A stretch of DNA of 60,453 nucleotides from a bacterium (GTDB taxonomy: Bacteria; Verrucomicrobiota; Kiritimatiellia; RFP12; UBA1067), in contig JANYBJ010000148.1 of NCBI GenBank assembly GCA_025360845.1, positions 1-60,453 on the forward strand, given 5' to 3'. The first letter of the stretch is position 1, and every line of letters starts with the position of its first letter. This document shows positions 36,482 through 46,079 of this stretch, piece by piece. The notes under the pieces were generated by a model. It saw nothing but the letters and a program-made list of their open reading frames with translations, was not told the origin of the DNA and searched no databases. The position numbers and the translations under genes were made by a program.

Positions 36482-37528
36482 TTATTCTTTCCAACCGTGG
36501 GCGTTGCGGACGTTGATCATCGCCGCCAGAATGGAGTTCCACGTTTCGGGTTTGAGCATGACCTCATTTGTGAACATGCAGCCGTCCCAGCAGAGGTGCC
36601 GGATCGCGCGTGTCGGCTTGCCGGCCTCGTCGCGCAGCCACTGGCCCGCAGCCCAGGTGATGTCCAGCTTGCCGTTCGGATCGCCCGGCAGGCAGTGGCG
36701 CCCGGTCTTGTCGTGCGAGCCCTGCCCTTTGACCGTGGCGTCGTTCTGCGCGACGTGGAAGTCGTTGGTCCAAGGCCGCAGCGAGGCGGCGAGTTTGATA
36801 TAAGCGGCTTGGAACACTTCGGTGTCGCTCCAGTCGAAGGCTTCGGGCACCAGACGGTCCTCCGGCGCGTTGTAGCCGAGCATGTAGAGCAGCGTGTGGG
36901 CCATATCGGACTGGAACCCGAGAGTCTTCGGACGCCCAACCCCTTCGAGCACCTGCAACATCGTGCGCCACGAGTGCATCCCGCCCCAGCAGATCTCGCC
37001 CTCGGCTGCGAGCCGCTCGCCGGACCCTTCCGCCACATCGCAGGCACGCGAGAACGTGTCGATGATGAGCTTAGTGTTGGCGGCCGGAGCCTTCGCCCAG
37101 TCGGCGACAGAGCCGGCGGAGTCGATGCGGATCACGCCGTCCGGACGGACGCCGAGGTCGCGCAGCTTCTTGCCGATGGCGCAGGCCTTGCGCACCTGCG
37201 TCACGAACTGGTCGCGCGCGGCCTGATCGCCGAAGGCCGTGCCGCCGCCGGCGGGCGGCCACACGGGGGCGACCAATGAGCCGGCCACGAGGTTGCGGCT
37301 TTTCAGCGTGTCAGCAAGCTTCTTCAGGTCCGCGTCCGTCGAGTCGATGTCGACATGCGGCGCGCAGAGGAAGAGGTCGATGCCGTCGAACGTCACGCCG
37401 CCCACTTCGGCGGCCGCGGTGAGGTCGATCATGGTCTGCAGGCCGATGAGCGGCTCCGGCGTGCCGGGGCCTTTGCCGACGACGCCCGGCCAGGCGGCGT
37501 TGTGCAGTTTCGGGTATGTGTTGGGCAT
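36482..37528 (-). CDS. Sugar phosphate isomerase/epimerase (xylose isomerase-like TIM barrel)
   Basis: FDGIDLF, AAEGEICWGG, GFQSDMAH, DFHVAQND, CWDGC. Confidence 0.85.
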   Translation of the reverse strand: MPNTYPKLHNAAWPGVVGKGPGTPEPLIGLQTMIDLTAAAEVGGVTFDGIDLFLCAPHVDIDSTDADLKKLADTLKSRNLVAGSLVAPVWPPAGGGTAFGDQAARDQFVTQVRKACAIGKKLRDLGVRPDGVIRIDSAGSVADWAKAPAANTKLIIDTFSRACDVAEGSGERLAAEGEICWGGMHSWRTMLQVLEGVGRPKTLGFQSDMAHTLLYMLGYNAPEDRLVPEAFDWSDTEVFQAAYIKLAASLRPWTNDFHVAQNDATVKGQGSHDKTGRHCLPGDPNGKLDITWAAGQWLRDEAGKPTRAIRHLCWDGCMFTNEVMLKPETWNSILAAMINVRNAHGWKE

Positions 37529-37585
37529 TTATTCCTCCTTGGGGTTGTGGTTGTGAGTGGGAAAGTTGTTAGCAGTGTCTCTACG

Positions 37586-38298
37586 GATCCTTCGCCGAAC
37601 TCAATGACGAACCGCTGGATCTCGGCGAGAATGGCGTTCTCCTGGTCTTTTTCGGAATAGGTGTCGGCAAGTCCGAGAAAGTCTAGAAAATACGGGTCGC
37701 GGAAGACCATGTCGGGCGTCATCTTCCCGGTCTTTTTCAACGAGGCGAGGTCGTTCTTGATGGTCCGTGCGGGCTTTTTGCTGATGGCTGTGCGTTCGTA
37801 CAGCAGGGCGTCAATACGCTCACGCAGGGTTCGGACGCTCCAGCGCTCAAGCTGGCATAGCTCAATATAGAAATCGCGCTTCAGCGGATCGCCCATTGGG
37901 ATTACGGCAAGGAGGTGTGTCCAACTCAATTGTCGTATCAGCGATACGACATTCTCTTGCTCGGGAAAGGCGCGCGCGAACTGCCTCATTCGTCTGACTT
38001 GCTTTTCTCCCCATCCGCGTCCGAATTCCTGAACCAGATGCGTGCACAGATCCCCGAGGACACGTTTTCCGTATTCCGCACGCTCATTGCCGAGGATTTC
38101 ACCGTTGATGCGCTTGCCGACGTTCCAGTACAAGAGGGAAAGGTCAGCGTTGACACCGGCGGCGACACGATGCCGGCAGGCCGTGATCAAGTCCCGAATA
38201 TCCGTCAGCAAGGGCATTTCGGCATGAGCAGAAACGGACTCTCTTGCGACAGCCGTTGCTCCCTGTTTTGCGCTCTTTTGCTTTTGGACTCGAGCCAT
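37586..38298 (-). pseudogene. DUF1016 (YhcG) family protein truncated before its PD-(D/E)XK nuclease domain
   Basis: LYWNVGKRI, RAEYGK, LSWTH, WSVRTLRERI...LYERT, RDPYFLDFLGL, SEKD.E. Homology stops at EFGEG and the frame runs into the next gene. Confidence 0.85.
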
Positions 38299-38313
38299 AT
38301 CCTGCCTAGGACG

Positions 38314-38365
38314 CTCACACAAAGTCGCAACGTATTCCGGTGCAGACGCTGTGGCTTTGTGTGAG
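38314..38365. repeat. Inverted repeat upstream of the DUF1016 insertion
   Basis: ctcacacaaagtcgc ... gtggctttgtgtgag. Confidence 0.6.
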
Positions 38366-38381
38366 AGTGAATCGCCTATTG

Positions 38382-39635
38382 CTATTTGCCGATTTCAGGT
38401 GCGCCGGGGTTCACTTCGGGGCCGAAGTAGCGCAGCATCACCAGGGGCTCGGTTTTGGACGTGTTCTCGAACACCACGCCCTCGCGGGCCGCGGCGTCCA
38501 CGACGAAGACCTCGTCGTCGGTCAGGTCGTGGAAGCGGATCAGGTTGGGGCTGCTCAGGCGCTGGCCGTTGATGGCGCCCTTGCCCTGCACGGTGATCAG
38601 ACCGTAGGCGCCGCCGTCCTTGATGGTGCATTTCGCGCCGGGCAGGACGGTCAGCTCCTTGGCCGTGACGCACTGCCAGCCTTTGATGCGGCCGTAGCAG
38701 ATCCACTTGTCGAAGTAGCCTTCCTCCTCTGAACCGCCTGCCGGCACGGGCTCGAGGTAGTGGTTCGCGTGGAACTTCGGATCGGTGTTCTGCTTCCAGT
38801 CGAGCTGATCGACGAGGTAGTCGAGGTCCTGATGTTTCTCCGCGGGAACGTCCTTGACCAGCAGCGACCAGGGAACCTCGCGGCCTTCGACCAGGCTCTG
38901 GTACATGCCGAAGACGTCGGAGCCCCACTGCGGCTCGTAGGTGCAGAGCGAGCCCGGCGCGTGCAGCACGCAGGGAGGCACGAGCCAGCCGGTGCCGGGT
39001 TTGAGGCGGTAGGCCTGGGAGATGTCGAGGATGCCGTTGTCACCCTTGTTCCAGTTCTCGAGGCAGCGCCTGACCTGGGCCTTGGTCGTGCCGGGCACGA
39101 GGCCGAAGAAGGTGTAGGGGAAATTGTTGCCGACGTTGTTGTGCTGAACCGGGAAGTAGTAGGTCTCGGGCTTGCCTTCCTGTCCGATCAGCTTCGCCTG
39201 CGCGGCGCTCTGGTGCATGTGGTGGGGGATGGGCCCCATGTTGTCGAAGAACTTGCTGTAGACCGGCCAGCGGTGGTACTTGGACCAGATCTCCGCGCCG
39301 ACCGCCGTCGCGCCGAGTTCGGCGACCGCGTCGCGCAGCAGGAAGCGCTGGTTCTTGAAAACGATGTAGCTCAGGCCCTCGTCCGGCACGCGGCCCTCGT
39401 TGGCGGCCTCGGTGGTGGAGGCGAACCAGCGCTCGTCGATGCCGCCGCGGTTGAGCCCGTAGGCATAGAGGTCTTCCGGATGCAGCTTGAGGCGGCGTCC
39501 GGGGTGAAGGAAGGAACGAGGCACCCAGTTCGGCGCCAGACGTAACACGCCATTTCCCTGGTTGAGCGCCGCATCGGCCACACTCTTGACATTGGCGCTG
39601 ACGGTCTTAAGATCGGTTACAGATCGCATCTTCAT
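38382..39635 (-). CDS. Cupin-fold, mannose-6-phosphate-isomerase-like protein
   Basis: ERWFAST, SKFFDNMGPIPHHMH, GKPETYY, VLHAPG..CTYEPQWGSD. Confidence 0.8.
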   Translation of the reverse strand: MKMRSVTDLKTVSANVKSVADAALNQGNGVLRLAPNWVPRSFLHPGRRLKLHPEDLYAYGLNRGGIDERWFASTTEAANEGRVPDEGLSYIVFKNQRFLLRDAVAELGATAVGAEIWSKYHRWPVYSKFFDNMGPIPHHMHQSAAQAKLIGQEGKPETYYFPVQHNNVGNNFPYTFFGLVPGTTKAQVRRCLENWNKGDNGILDISQAYRLKPGTGWLVPPCVLHAPGSLCTYEPQWGSDVFGMYQSLVEGREVPWSLLVKDVPAEKHQDLDYLVDQLDWKQNTDPKFHANHYLEPVPAGGSEEEGYFDKWICYGRIKGWQCVTAKELTVLPGAKCTIKDGGAYGLITVQGKGAINGQRLSSPNLIRFHDLTDDEVFVVDAAAREGVVFENTSKTEPLVMLRYFGPEVNPGAPEIGK

Positions 39636-39796
39636 AGCAAACGTTTCCCCTTTCGTTTGGAACCTTAAGGTTACGCCAGACACACCGGCGTTTTCATGTC
39701 CGGTATTCTAGCAGTTTAATCCCGCAGCAACAACCTTGATACACCTTTTTCCGAATATGTACACATTGTGCCCGTATACAGACGTTTTGGGCGAAT

Positions 39797-39830
39797 AAAA
39801 AAGGGCGTACGGTTTCCCGTGCGCCCTTTT
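39797..39830 (-). terminator. Intrinsic terminator (near-identical to 43978-44010 in opposite orientation)
   Basis: aaaagggcgcacgggaaaccgtacgccctttttt on the minus strand. Confidence 0.8.
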
Positions 39831-39873
39831 CCGCTCGCCGCTCCATTATTCCTTCACGTGCGGCGGGCGTTCC

Positions 39874-40116
39874 TCACCGATAAATGCGGCGGGCCGTTGA
39901 CGCCTGGGCAGGCTTCTTGGCCGCGGCTTTCTTTGCGGCCGCGGCGGCGGTGTCGGTACAACAGGCCGCCTGCTTACAGGTACTGGCCGACATGGCGGTG
40001 GCGCAATTCGCTTGTCCCATCGGACAGGCGGAATTGGGACACGTTGCCGCCGAGGCGGCGCCTGCCGCTGCGCCAATCAGGGCGGTCGCAAGCAGGATGG
40101 TGTGGAAGGTCTTCAT
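39874..40116 (-). CDS. Small secreted Cys-rich peptide
   Basis: AAAGGAAA SD, signal peptide ending ASA, six Cys, own promoter and terminator. Confidence 0.75.
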   Translation of the reverse strand: MKTFHTILLATALIGAAAGAASAATCPNSACPMGQANCATAMSASTCKQAACCTDTAAAAAKKAAAKKPAQASTARRIYR

Positions 40117-40160
40117 GTGGGTTTCCTTTTCTGCCTTTACTCGTCATCCGGTCCGTCAGA

Positions 40161-40213
40161 CGCTTTGTAAAAACGCCGTAACTATATAATATATATCCTA
40201 TAGAGTCAATGGT
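40161..40213 (-). promoter_or_regulatory. Sigma70 promoter/operator module, copy 1
   Basis: TTGACT-17 nt-TATAGT; shares ATTGACTCTATAG and GTTTTTACAAA at identical spacing with 41801-41853. Confidence 0.8.
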
Positions 40214-40357
40214 GTTGCGAGTCGTATCAGCAATTCTAGATTTGGCGGGAAAATATAAGGATGCGCAGTTATAATGTTCAATTTTAGTGTTTTCTTATAC
40301 CGATGCATGCTGTAGAGTATATTGTCATCTAAATCAACTTGATAGGTGGGCAGACGC

Positions 40358-40795
40358 ATGAGAATCTCAACAAAGGGACACTACGGGCTGCGTTCGCTGA
40401 TCGACGTCGCCTTGAATCAGGCACAGGGGCCGGTCACGTTGAACGACATCGCGAAGCGGCAGTCCATTTCCGTCAAGTACCTGTGGCAGGTGCTCAACCC
40501 GCTCAAGACCTCGGGATTCCTGAAAGTGACGCGCGGTATAAATGGCGGCTACGTGCTGGCGCGGCAACCGGACAAGATCACCATGCTCGATGTGCTGACC
40601 GCCCTCGAGGGACCGATCTCCATACTGAAATGCCTCACCCAAGAGGAAGCCTGTCCCCGCGCCCGTTCCTGCGTCGCGCGCACGGTCTGGGCGGACGTGA
40701 ACCGGGTCGTCGAGAAAGCGTTGGCAGATACCACGCTGGCAAAATTGCTGCGTGAGTGTGCGCATTTGTCCGAAGTGACCAACTACACGATCTGA
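40358..40795 (+). CDS. Rrf2 family transcriptional regulator (IscR/CymR-like, three Cys)
   Basis: MRISTKGHYGLR, IAKRQSISVKYL, RGINGGYVLA, C-x6-C-x5-C. Confidence 0.93.
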   Translation: MRISTKGHYGLRSLIDVALNQAQGPVTLNDIAKRQSISVKYLWQVLNPLKTSGFLKVTRGINGGYVLARQPDKITMLDVLTALEGPISILKCLTQEEACPRARSCVARTVWADVNRVVEKALADTTLAKLLRECAHLSEVTNYTI

Positions 40796-40839
40796 GCGGA
40801 ACGCTGACGTCATCGCAGGATCCCGCCGGTTTTTCGACG

Positions 40840-41781
40840 CTACTTCAAGTCGAGTGACCACCAAGGGCGCAGTTGCCGCGGGTCGAAGGCTTCTTTGTCC
40901 CAAAAGGCCCGGGCCTGTCCGTGCTGCAGCAGATAGAGCCGGGGCGGCCGTTCGCCGATGAAAGCGAAGAAGGTCTCTGGTTCGACGCAAAGGTAGGGGA
41001 ATTCGGCGCCGGTGTCGTTGAAGAAGGAGGGGACCTCGCTGGTCTCGCCCAAACAGAGCAGGTAGGTGGGAGGCAGGGCACCCTGGCCGTCGGCTTCTGC
41101 GAGGCTGGTGACCAACGCGCGACAATGATCGCAGTCGAGACTGACAAAGACCGCCAGACAAGTCCCCGCCGTGAGGTCGGCCGCCTGGCCGTCGCTGAAC
41201 TCACGGAACTCGGCAAACCGGCTCTTCTCGGTCGATGGGGTTTCAACAGACGGGTGGACGACGACCTGTCGCACGGGAAAGCCGAGCAAGACGATCAGCA
41301 GGCTGGCGGCCGTCAGGCCGGCGGGAACACGCCAGGACCCGGCCGGCCACCCCCTGGTTTTCCGGAAGAGGTAGAGAACAAGGCCGAGGAGCGCCAGATT
41401 CTTGAACAGGGACTCAAGCGGTGACATGCGGATCAGTTCGCCGAAGCAATGGCAGGACCCGGTGTCTTTCCGTACGAAGGCCAGATAGGCCAGGTAAATA
41501 CTGAAGAACGCCAGAAGTCCGAAGATGGCCGGCAGGGTGAAATGGCGAAACCGGCTCCGCTGAAAACAGGCCAGCCCGAGACACAGTTCCGCCGCCACGA
41601 GCAGGCGCACCGCATAAGCCGCCATCACGCGGGAGTGCAGCAGATTCTGCTGCACCACATACAACTCGACGGCGCCGAGCGAATACAGTTTCGCGACGGC
41701 CGAGACGATAAAGACCAACCCCAGGAGCCAGGCCGCCAGAGTGGCCCGTTGCTGAAAAACCCGTTGCAACAATGCGCTCAT
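40840..41781 (-). CDS. MauE/DoxX-family membrane protein fused to a thioredoxin-like domain
   Basis: FIVSAVAK, several TM segments, SCHCFGE, SLFKNL; C-terminal CDHC and cis-Pro-like PPRLY. Confidence 0.85.
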   Translation of the reverse strand: MSALLQRVFQQRATLAAWLLGLVFIVSAVAKLYSLGAVELYVVQQNLLHSRVMAAYAVRLLVAAELCLGLACFQRSRFRHFTLPAIFGLLAFFSIYLAYLAFVRKDTGSCHCFGELIRMSPLESLFKNLALLGLVLYLFRKTRGWPAGSWRVPAGLTAASLLIVLLGFPVRQVVVHPSVETPSTEKSRFAEFREFSDGQAADLTAGTCLAVFVSLDCDHCRALVTSLAEADGQGALPPTYLLCLGETSEVPSFFNDTGAEFPYLCVEPETFFAFIGERPPRLYLLQHGQARAFWDKEAFDPRQLRPWWSLDLK

Positions 41782-41800
41782 TTCATACACCTTGGTTATG

Positions 41801-41853
41801 CGTTTTGTAAAAACTTGTGCAATGTAATATTTTTCGTCTATAGAGTCAATAGT
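41801..41853 (-). promoter_or_regulatory. Sigma70 promoter/operator module, copy 2
   Basis: TTGACT-17 nt-TACATT with the same two conserved boxes as copy 1. Confidence 0.8.
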
Positions 41854-42091
41854 ATAAAGTGACACGGCAGTTTAGCATGTATCGATTCACTTATATGGTT
41901 TCCCGATGCGCGTTCAGTTCAATACTTTTGCCCAACCACTTCTGTATTAAGCACATAAGAGTCAGTAACATGACAAAAAAGTAATGCGGATCGCTATTGA
42001 CATCAAGCGCCACTATAGGCATACTGGACATTCAAAGGCGGCTTTAGCGTTCGGCCTGTTAAGCAAGGCTGCCGAAACTGGAGGTACACAC

Positions 42092-43963
42092 ATGCGTCAT
42101 ATGATCACTGCGCTCTTCGCGCTTGGACTCTCTTTTGCGGCCCAGGCCTTTCCGCTGGCCAGCACGGATCCGGCCAATGTTGAGCTTAATGTCTGGAACA
42201 GCAACGTGGCTGCCGCCAAGGCTAAGGCCAGGGCCTTGAACCGTCCGGTCCTGTTGGCCATGGGCGACAGCGTCAACTGCGGTTATACCAAGGCCTGGGG
42301 CTCAAACATCTTGGCGTCGCCGGAATGGACGGCCTTTATCGCCGAGAATCCGCTGGTTCTGGTTCTGGCGGACAAGACGTTCCTGCCGTCGACCACTTGG
42401 TACGACATTATAGCGCCGTACCGCTCGCCGCCCTTCACAGGGACGTTCCTCTTCCCGACCATGGTCTTGTTTCGCCCGGACGGCACGGTCGCGGACCAGT
42501 TCTTGGCACGCAGTGTTCTCGGCGCCAGCCCGGGGTTCTACAACCGTGTCCGAAACACAACCGACCAGTACCCCAACACCGGAACCCCGCCCCCACCCGC
42601 CAGCACCGCGCCCGCCTTTGTCGCTCCCACTCCCGGCTCTGGAGCAACCGTTTCCGCCGTCCTGAATAGCGCGGTGAACATTCAGGCCAGCGCGACGGGC
42701 TCGCCGCCGATCGCCTATTCCGCGACGGGACTGCCCGCAGGCTTGTCCATTAACGCGGCCACCGGCCTGATATCCGGGACGCCGACCGTCGCCGGAAACT
42801 CGGCGGTGACAGTCAATGCCAGTAACAGCAAGGGGTCGGCGACGATCGCTTTCACGCTGCGCGTCGCAGCCCCAGCCACGATTACGGCCGGGTCGTACCA
42901 GGGCTTCTTCTACGATCCGGACCTGCAGACCGTTCGAGGCACGCTGACGCTGTCTGCGAATGCCACCGGGGCATTGAAGGCTCTGGCGGTGCTGGATGGC
43001 CAATCTTTCACGTTCACCGGCACCCGGCAGGCGGGAGCCGCCTTCACCGCCGATCTGCAATCGCCCAAGAGCGTCGATCTGCTTAGCGTGCAGGTGGATG
43101 ACCTCGGCATCCTGACCGGAACCCTCGGCGACGCGGACCTGTTCGGCCGCCTCGTCGACCTTGCTGGCGTGGGCGAGTTCGCCGGGTATTACACCTCGAT
43201 TATCGGAACCAAGGCGGTGACGCCGAACAGCACCGAAATCGACAACCAGCCGGAAGGCTCGGGCAATGTGACGTTCACGGTCACCAGCCGCGGCGCGGTC
43301 AGTTACAAGGGCGTGCTTGCGGACGGCACCCTGTTCAGCGGGTCGTCGACTCTCGTGACCTACAGCGGGACCGAACTGGCCGACCTGGGATACACGGATG
43401 TCGCAGACGACCAGCGCTACGCCCTTTTCACCGTATACAACCCGCTCTACTTACGGCGCGGCGTGGTCGCCGCGCAGATCTGGATCGACGGAAACCTCAC
43501 CCCGACGTCGGAAGACAACAAGGTGTTCATCGTGGGCTCCGAATGGGTCTATCCCGGCAAAAGCGCAACGGCCGACGCGGACGGGTTTACCGCGACGCTG
43601 GATGAAGGCGCCTTCACGGAGATCGGAGCCGCTTTCGTCAAGCCGGCGAACCTGGCCGTGGCCTACGACGGGACAAGTTTGCAGACCGATGGCGGGGCGG
43701 TTCCCGTACTGCCGAACGGGCTGTCGATCAAGCTTCAGTCCGGCAATGCGCTCAAGGCGACACTGACGGCTTCGACGACAACCGGGCTGATCTCCGGGAA
43801 GATTCTGTATTCGCCGGACTCCGGGGCCGCGCCGTATGTGGTCAGTTACTCGGGCGTGCTTGTGCCCTCGCTGGGTATCGGCGCAGGCTATTACCTCGTG
43901 ACCGACAACTCGGTGCCGGGATACAGCGTCAAAAGGTCTAAGACCATCGTCATCGCGCCTTAA
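42092..43963 (+). CDS. Secreted/surface protein: thioredoxin-like N-domain, putative Ig (He_PIG) domain, beta-rich C-terminus
   Basis: GGAGG SD, signal peptide; AKARALNRPVLL...CGYT...FPTMVL..PDG; YSATGLPAGLSINAATGLISGTPT. Confidence 0.8.
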   Translation: MRHMITALFALGLSFAAQAFPLASTDPANVELNVWNSNVAAAKAKARALNRPVLLAMGDSVNCGYTKAWGSNILASPEWTAFIAENPLVLVLADKTFLPSTTWYDIIAPYRSPPFTGTFLFPTMVLFRPDGTVADQFLARSVLGASPGFYNRVRNTTDQYPNTGTPPPPASTAPAFVAPTPGSGATVSAVLNSAVNIQASATGSPPIAYSATGLPAGLSINAATGLISGTPTVAGNSAVTVNASNSKGSATIAFTLRVAAPATITAGSYQGFFYDPDLQTVRGTLTLSANATGALKALAVLDGQSFTFTGTRQAGAAFTADLQSPKSVDLLSVQVDDLGILTGTLGDADLFGRLVDLAGVGEFAGYYTSIIGTKAVTPNSTEIDNQPEGSGNVTFTVTSRGAVSYKGVLADGTLFSGSSTLVTYSGTELADLGYTDVADDQRYALFTVYNPLYLRRGVVAAQIWIDGNLTPTSEDNKVFIVGSEWVYPGKSATADADGFTATLDEGAFTEIGAAFVKPANLAVAYDGTSLQTDGGAVPVLPNGLSIKLQSGNALKATLTASTTTGLISGKILYSPDSGAAPYVVSYSGVLVPSLGIGAGYYLVTDNSVPGYSVKRSKTIVIAP

Positions 43964-43977
43964 GCGTCCTGCACGTC

Positions 43978-44010
43978 AAAAAAGGCGCACGGGAAACCGT
44001 GCGCCTTTTT
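43978..44010 (+). terminator. Intrinsic terminator
   Basis: aaaaaaggcgcacgggaaaccgtgcgccttttt. Confidence 0.85.
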
Positions 44011-44037
44011 ATGAGCATTTCAAAAGGAACGTTCCCG

Positions 44038-45123
44038 ATGTTCAGAGTCCTCATGTCGTTTTCCTGCCTGATCGCCCTGTGCGCTCCAGGTCTCGACACC
44101 ACGTCCTCTGCCCCTGTCAAAGCCCCCTACATCGTGCTGGAAGGGAATGACGCCAAGGAGGCGGGCACGATCAAACGCAATGAGAAAACGAACGTTGATT
44201 TGGGTAAAATCGCGTTTTATGAAAAGAAGACCGTCCGTTTCAGGTTCAAAAACACGGGGGACGCCCCCGGCGAGATTACCGGACTTAAGCCCTCGTGTTC
44301 TTGCATCTCCGGCACCGCCGACAAGACGCGCCTGGAGCCTCAGGAAGAGGCGGTCGTCACGGTGATGCTCGATGCGTCACAGGTAAACGGCGGCGTCTTC
44401 AAACGCGTCCTGTCGGTGACGATACCCGAAAGGCCAAGCGTCAACCTCACCCTGCGGGGGGAGGTGCTCCCCCCTTTCAACGGTCTGCCGGAGTCGCACC
44501 AAACGTTTGTTTTGGCCGACGGCGTCTCCTGGACCAACCGGTTCACGCTCACAGAGGCAGAAACCAACCTGTTTTTGGGCAAGCCTTTCATCACCGCCGA
44601 TGAGACCAAACTTCGCGCGACGGCTACGGTGGAGACCAACACCCAGGGAAAAACGTCGTATGACGTTACACTGGTGGTTACCCCTCTCGCTTCCGGAAGC
44701 CACAAGCTATCCCTGTCGCTACCGCTGGAAGGCCGCCCGAATCCGAGTCCGATCAAGCTGTCATATTCCGGCAGCGTCGGAGTCGAAGAATTGAAAGTTG
44801 TCCCGTCAAAAATAATGCTGGCGCCCGTCGAACAGTCGCTGACGCGCCAGTTGAACATCAGGACCACTGAACTGAATCCGGCCACGAACGCCCTCACGTG
44901 GACGCCTCAGCGTGACGGGGTTTCCGTGCAGGTTCAGCCGCGGCCCAAAAGTCCGTACCTGACGGTCACGCTCACCTTATCGCCCGAAGCGGTGGCAAAC
45001 TTGCTCAACGAGAAAGACGCGCAAATGACCTTCAATTATCCCAATTACAGGTCCGTCAGCGTAGACTTCTTTGCGCGGCCAGAGCCGTCGGCCGAACTGG
45101 CAAAAGCCGCCACTGACAATTGA
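44038..45123 (+). CDS. DUF1573 domain protein
   Basis: Signal-like N-terminus; FRFKNTGDAP..I..LKPSCSC......LEP.E. Confidence 0.8.
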   Translation: MFRVLMSFSCLIALCAPGLDTTSSAPVKAPYIVLEGNDAKEAGTIKRNEKTNVDLGKIAFYEKKTVRFRFKNTGDAPGEITGLKPSCSCISGTADKTRLEPQEEAVVTVMLDASQVNGGVFKRVLSVTIPERPSVNLTLRGEVLPPFNGLPESHQTFVLADGVSWTNRFTLTEAETNLFLGKPFITADETKLRATATVETNTQGKTSYDVTLVVTPLASGSHKLSLSLPLEGRPNPSPIKLSYSGSVGVEELKVVPSKIMLAPVEQSLTRQLNIRTTELNPATNALTWTPQRDGVSVQVQPRPKSPYLTVTLTLSPEAVANLLNEKDAQMTFNYPNYRSVSVDFFARPEPSAELAKAATDN

Positions 45124-45250
45124 CACGGCTTTCGCAACACGCAACCCTAGATCCGAACATGATGACCCTCTTCATTAATAATCAGGCCATACTGCCGGAT
45201 TTGGGGTGCGTCCTTCCGTCACACTGAACTGTGACTATGAGTCCACATCC

Positions 45251-45345
45251 GTGCAATATTGCACAGGTTGGCTTGAAATTGAGAGACAAAGTATATCTAT
45301 AGAATATAAGGTTGTTGGTGTGGCATAAATGGCACGGCACATGCT
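45251..45345 (+). promoter_or_regulatory. Sigma54-type promoter with upstream palindromic activator site
   Basis: TGGCAC-N5-ATGCT at 45330-45345; perfect palindrome GTGCAATATTGCAC at 45251-45264; AT-rich spacer between them. Confidence 0.7.
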
Positions 45346-45417
45346 AATGAAGTCTCTCGACTTGCCTTTAATGTAAGGCAAGAGTATCATGTTACGAAAT
45401 TAAAGAAAGGAATCACC

Positions 45418-45720
45418 ATGAACCACTTGAAGCTAGGTTTCTTGGCCTGCGCAGCCGCAACGGCGTTGGTCTCCGGTTGCTCGACCACGGGCGGCACGTC
45501 GTCCAAAGAGGAAAAACCGGCGGTCATGTGTGCCAAGTGCGAAACCACCTGGGTCCGCACGCCCCACACGATCAATAAGACGACCGTGTACAGTCGCCAC
45601 AAGCAGATGGTCTGCCCCGACTGCGCTTCGGCCGCGGAGAATTTCTTCAAGACGGGCAAACTCGAGCACACCTGCAAGACCTGTGGCGACAGCCTCTCGG
45701 CCTGCCCGGCCTGCAAGTGA
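45418..45720 (+). CDS. Small lipoprotein with four CxxC motifs
   Basis: Lipobox LVSG-C; CAKC, CPDC, CKTC, CPAC. Confidence 0.85.
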   Translation: MNHLKLGFLACAAATALVSGCSTTGGTSSKEEKPAVMCAKCETTWVRTPHTINKTTVYSRHKQMVCPDCASAAENFFKTGKLEHTCKTCGDSLSACPACK

Positions 45721-45764
45721 CCCCAGTCTAAGAAGGCATACGAAAAAACCGAAAGGATACACCC

Positions 45765-46079
45765 ATGAACATCACAAATTGGATGCTGGCCTGCGCGGTC
45801 ACGGCACAGTTGACCACCGTCGCTTTCGCCGCCGACAAAACCGAACAGACGCCGACCGCAACGAGCACCAACGCGGTTGCGGTCAAGGCCCAGACGCTCT
45901 GCCCCGTCATGGGCGGCGCGGTCGACAAGAGCAAGTTCGTCGATTACGACGGTAAGCGCATCTACGTCTGCTGCGGCGGATGCATCGCCAAGATCAAAAA
46001 AGATCCGGCCAAATACGTGAAGCAGCTCGAAGCCGAAGGCATCACACTCGACAAGGCCCCGACGCCTAAAGCCAAGTAG
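45765..46079 (+). CDS. Secreted YHS-domain metal-binding protein
   Basis: QTLCPVMGG, YDGKRIYVCCGGC, KDPAKY. Confidence 0.9.
   Translation: MNITNWMLACAVTAQLTTVAFAADKTEQTPTATSTNAVAVKAQTLCPVMGGAVDKSKFVDYDGKRIYVCCGGCIAKIKKDPAKYVKQLEAEGITLDKAPTPKAK

Noticed and set aside
39830-39880. Selenocysteine readthrough at the TGA of the Cys-rich peptide (IYR-TGA-G)
   Set aside because: No convincing SECIS hairpin, and the readthrough frame would run through the intrinsic terminator without a stop.
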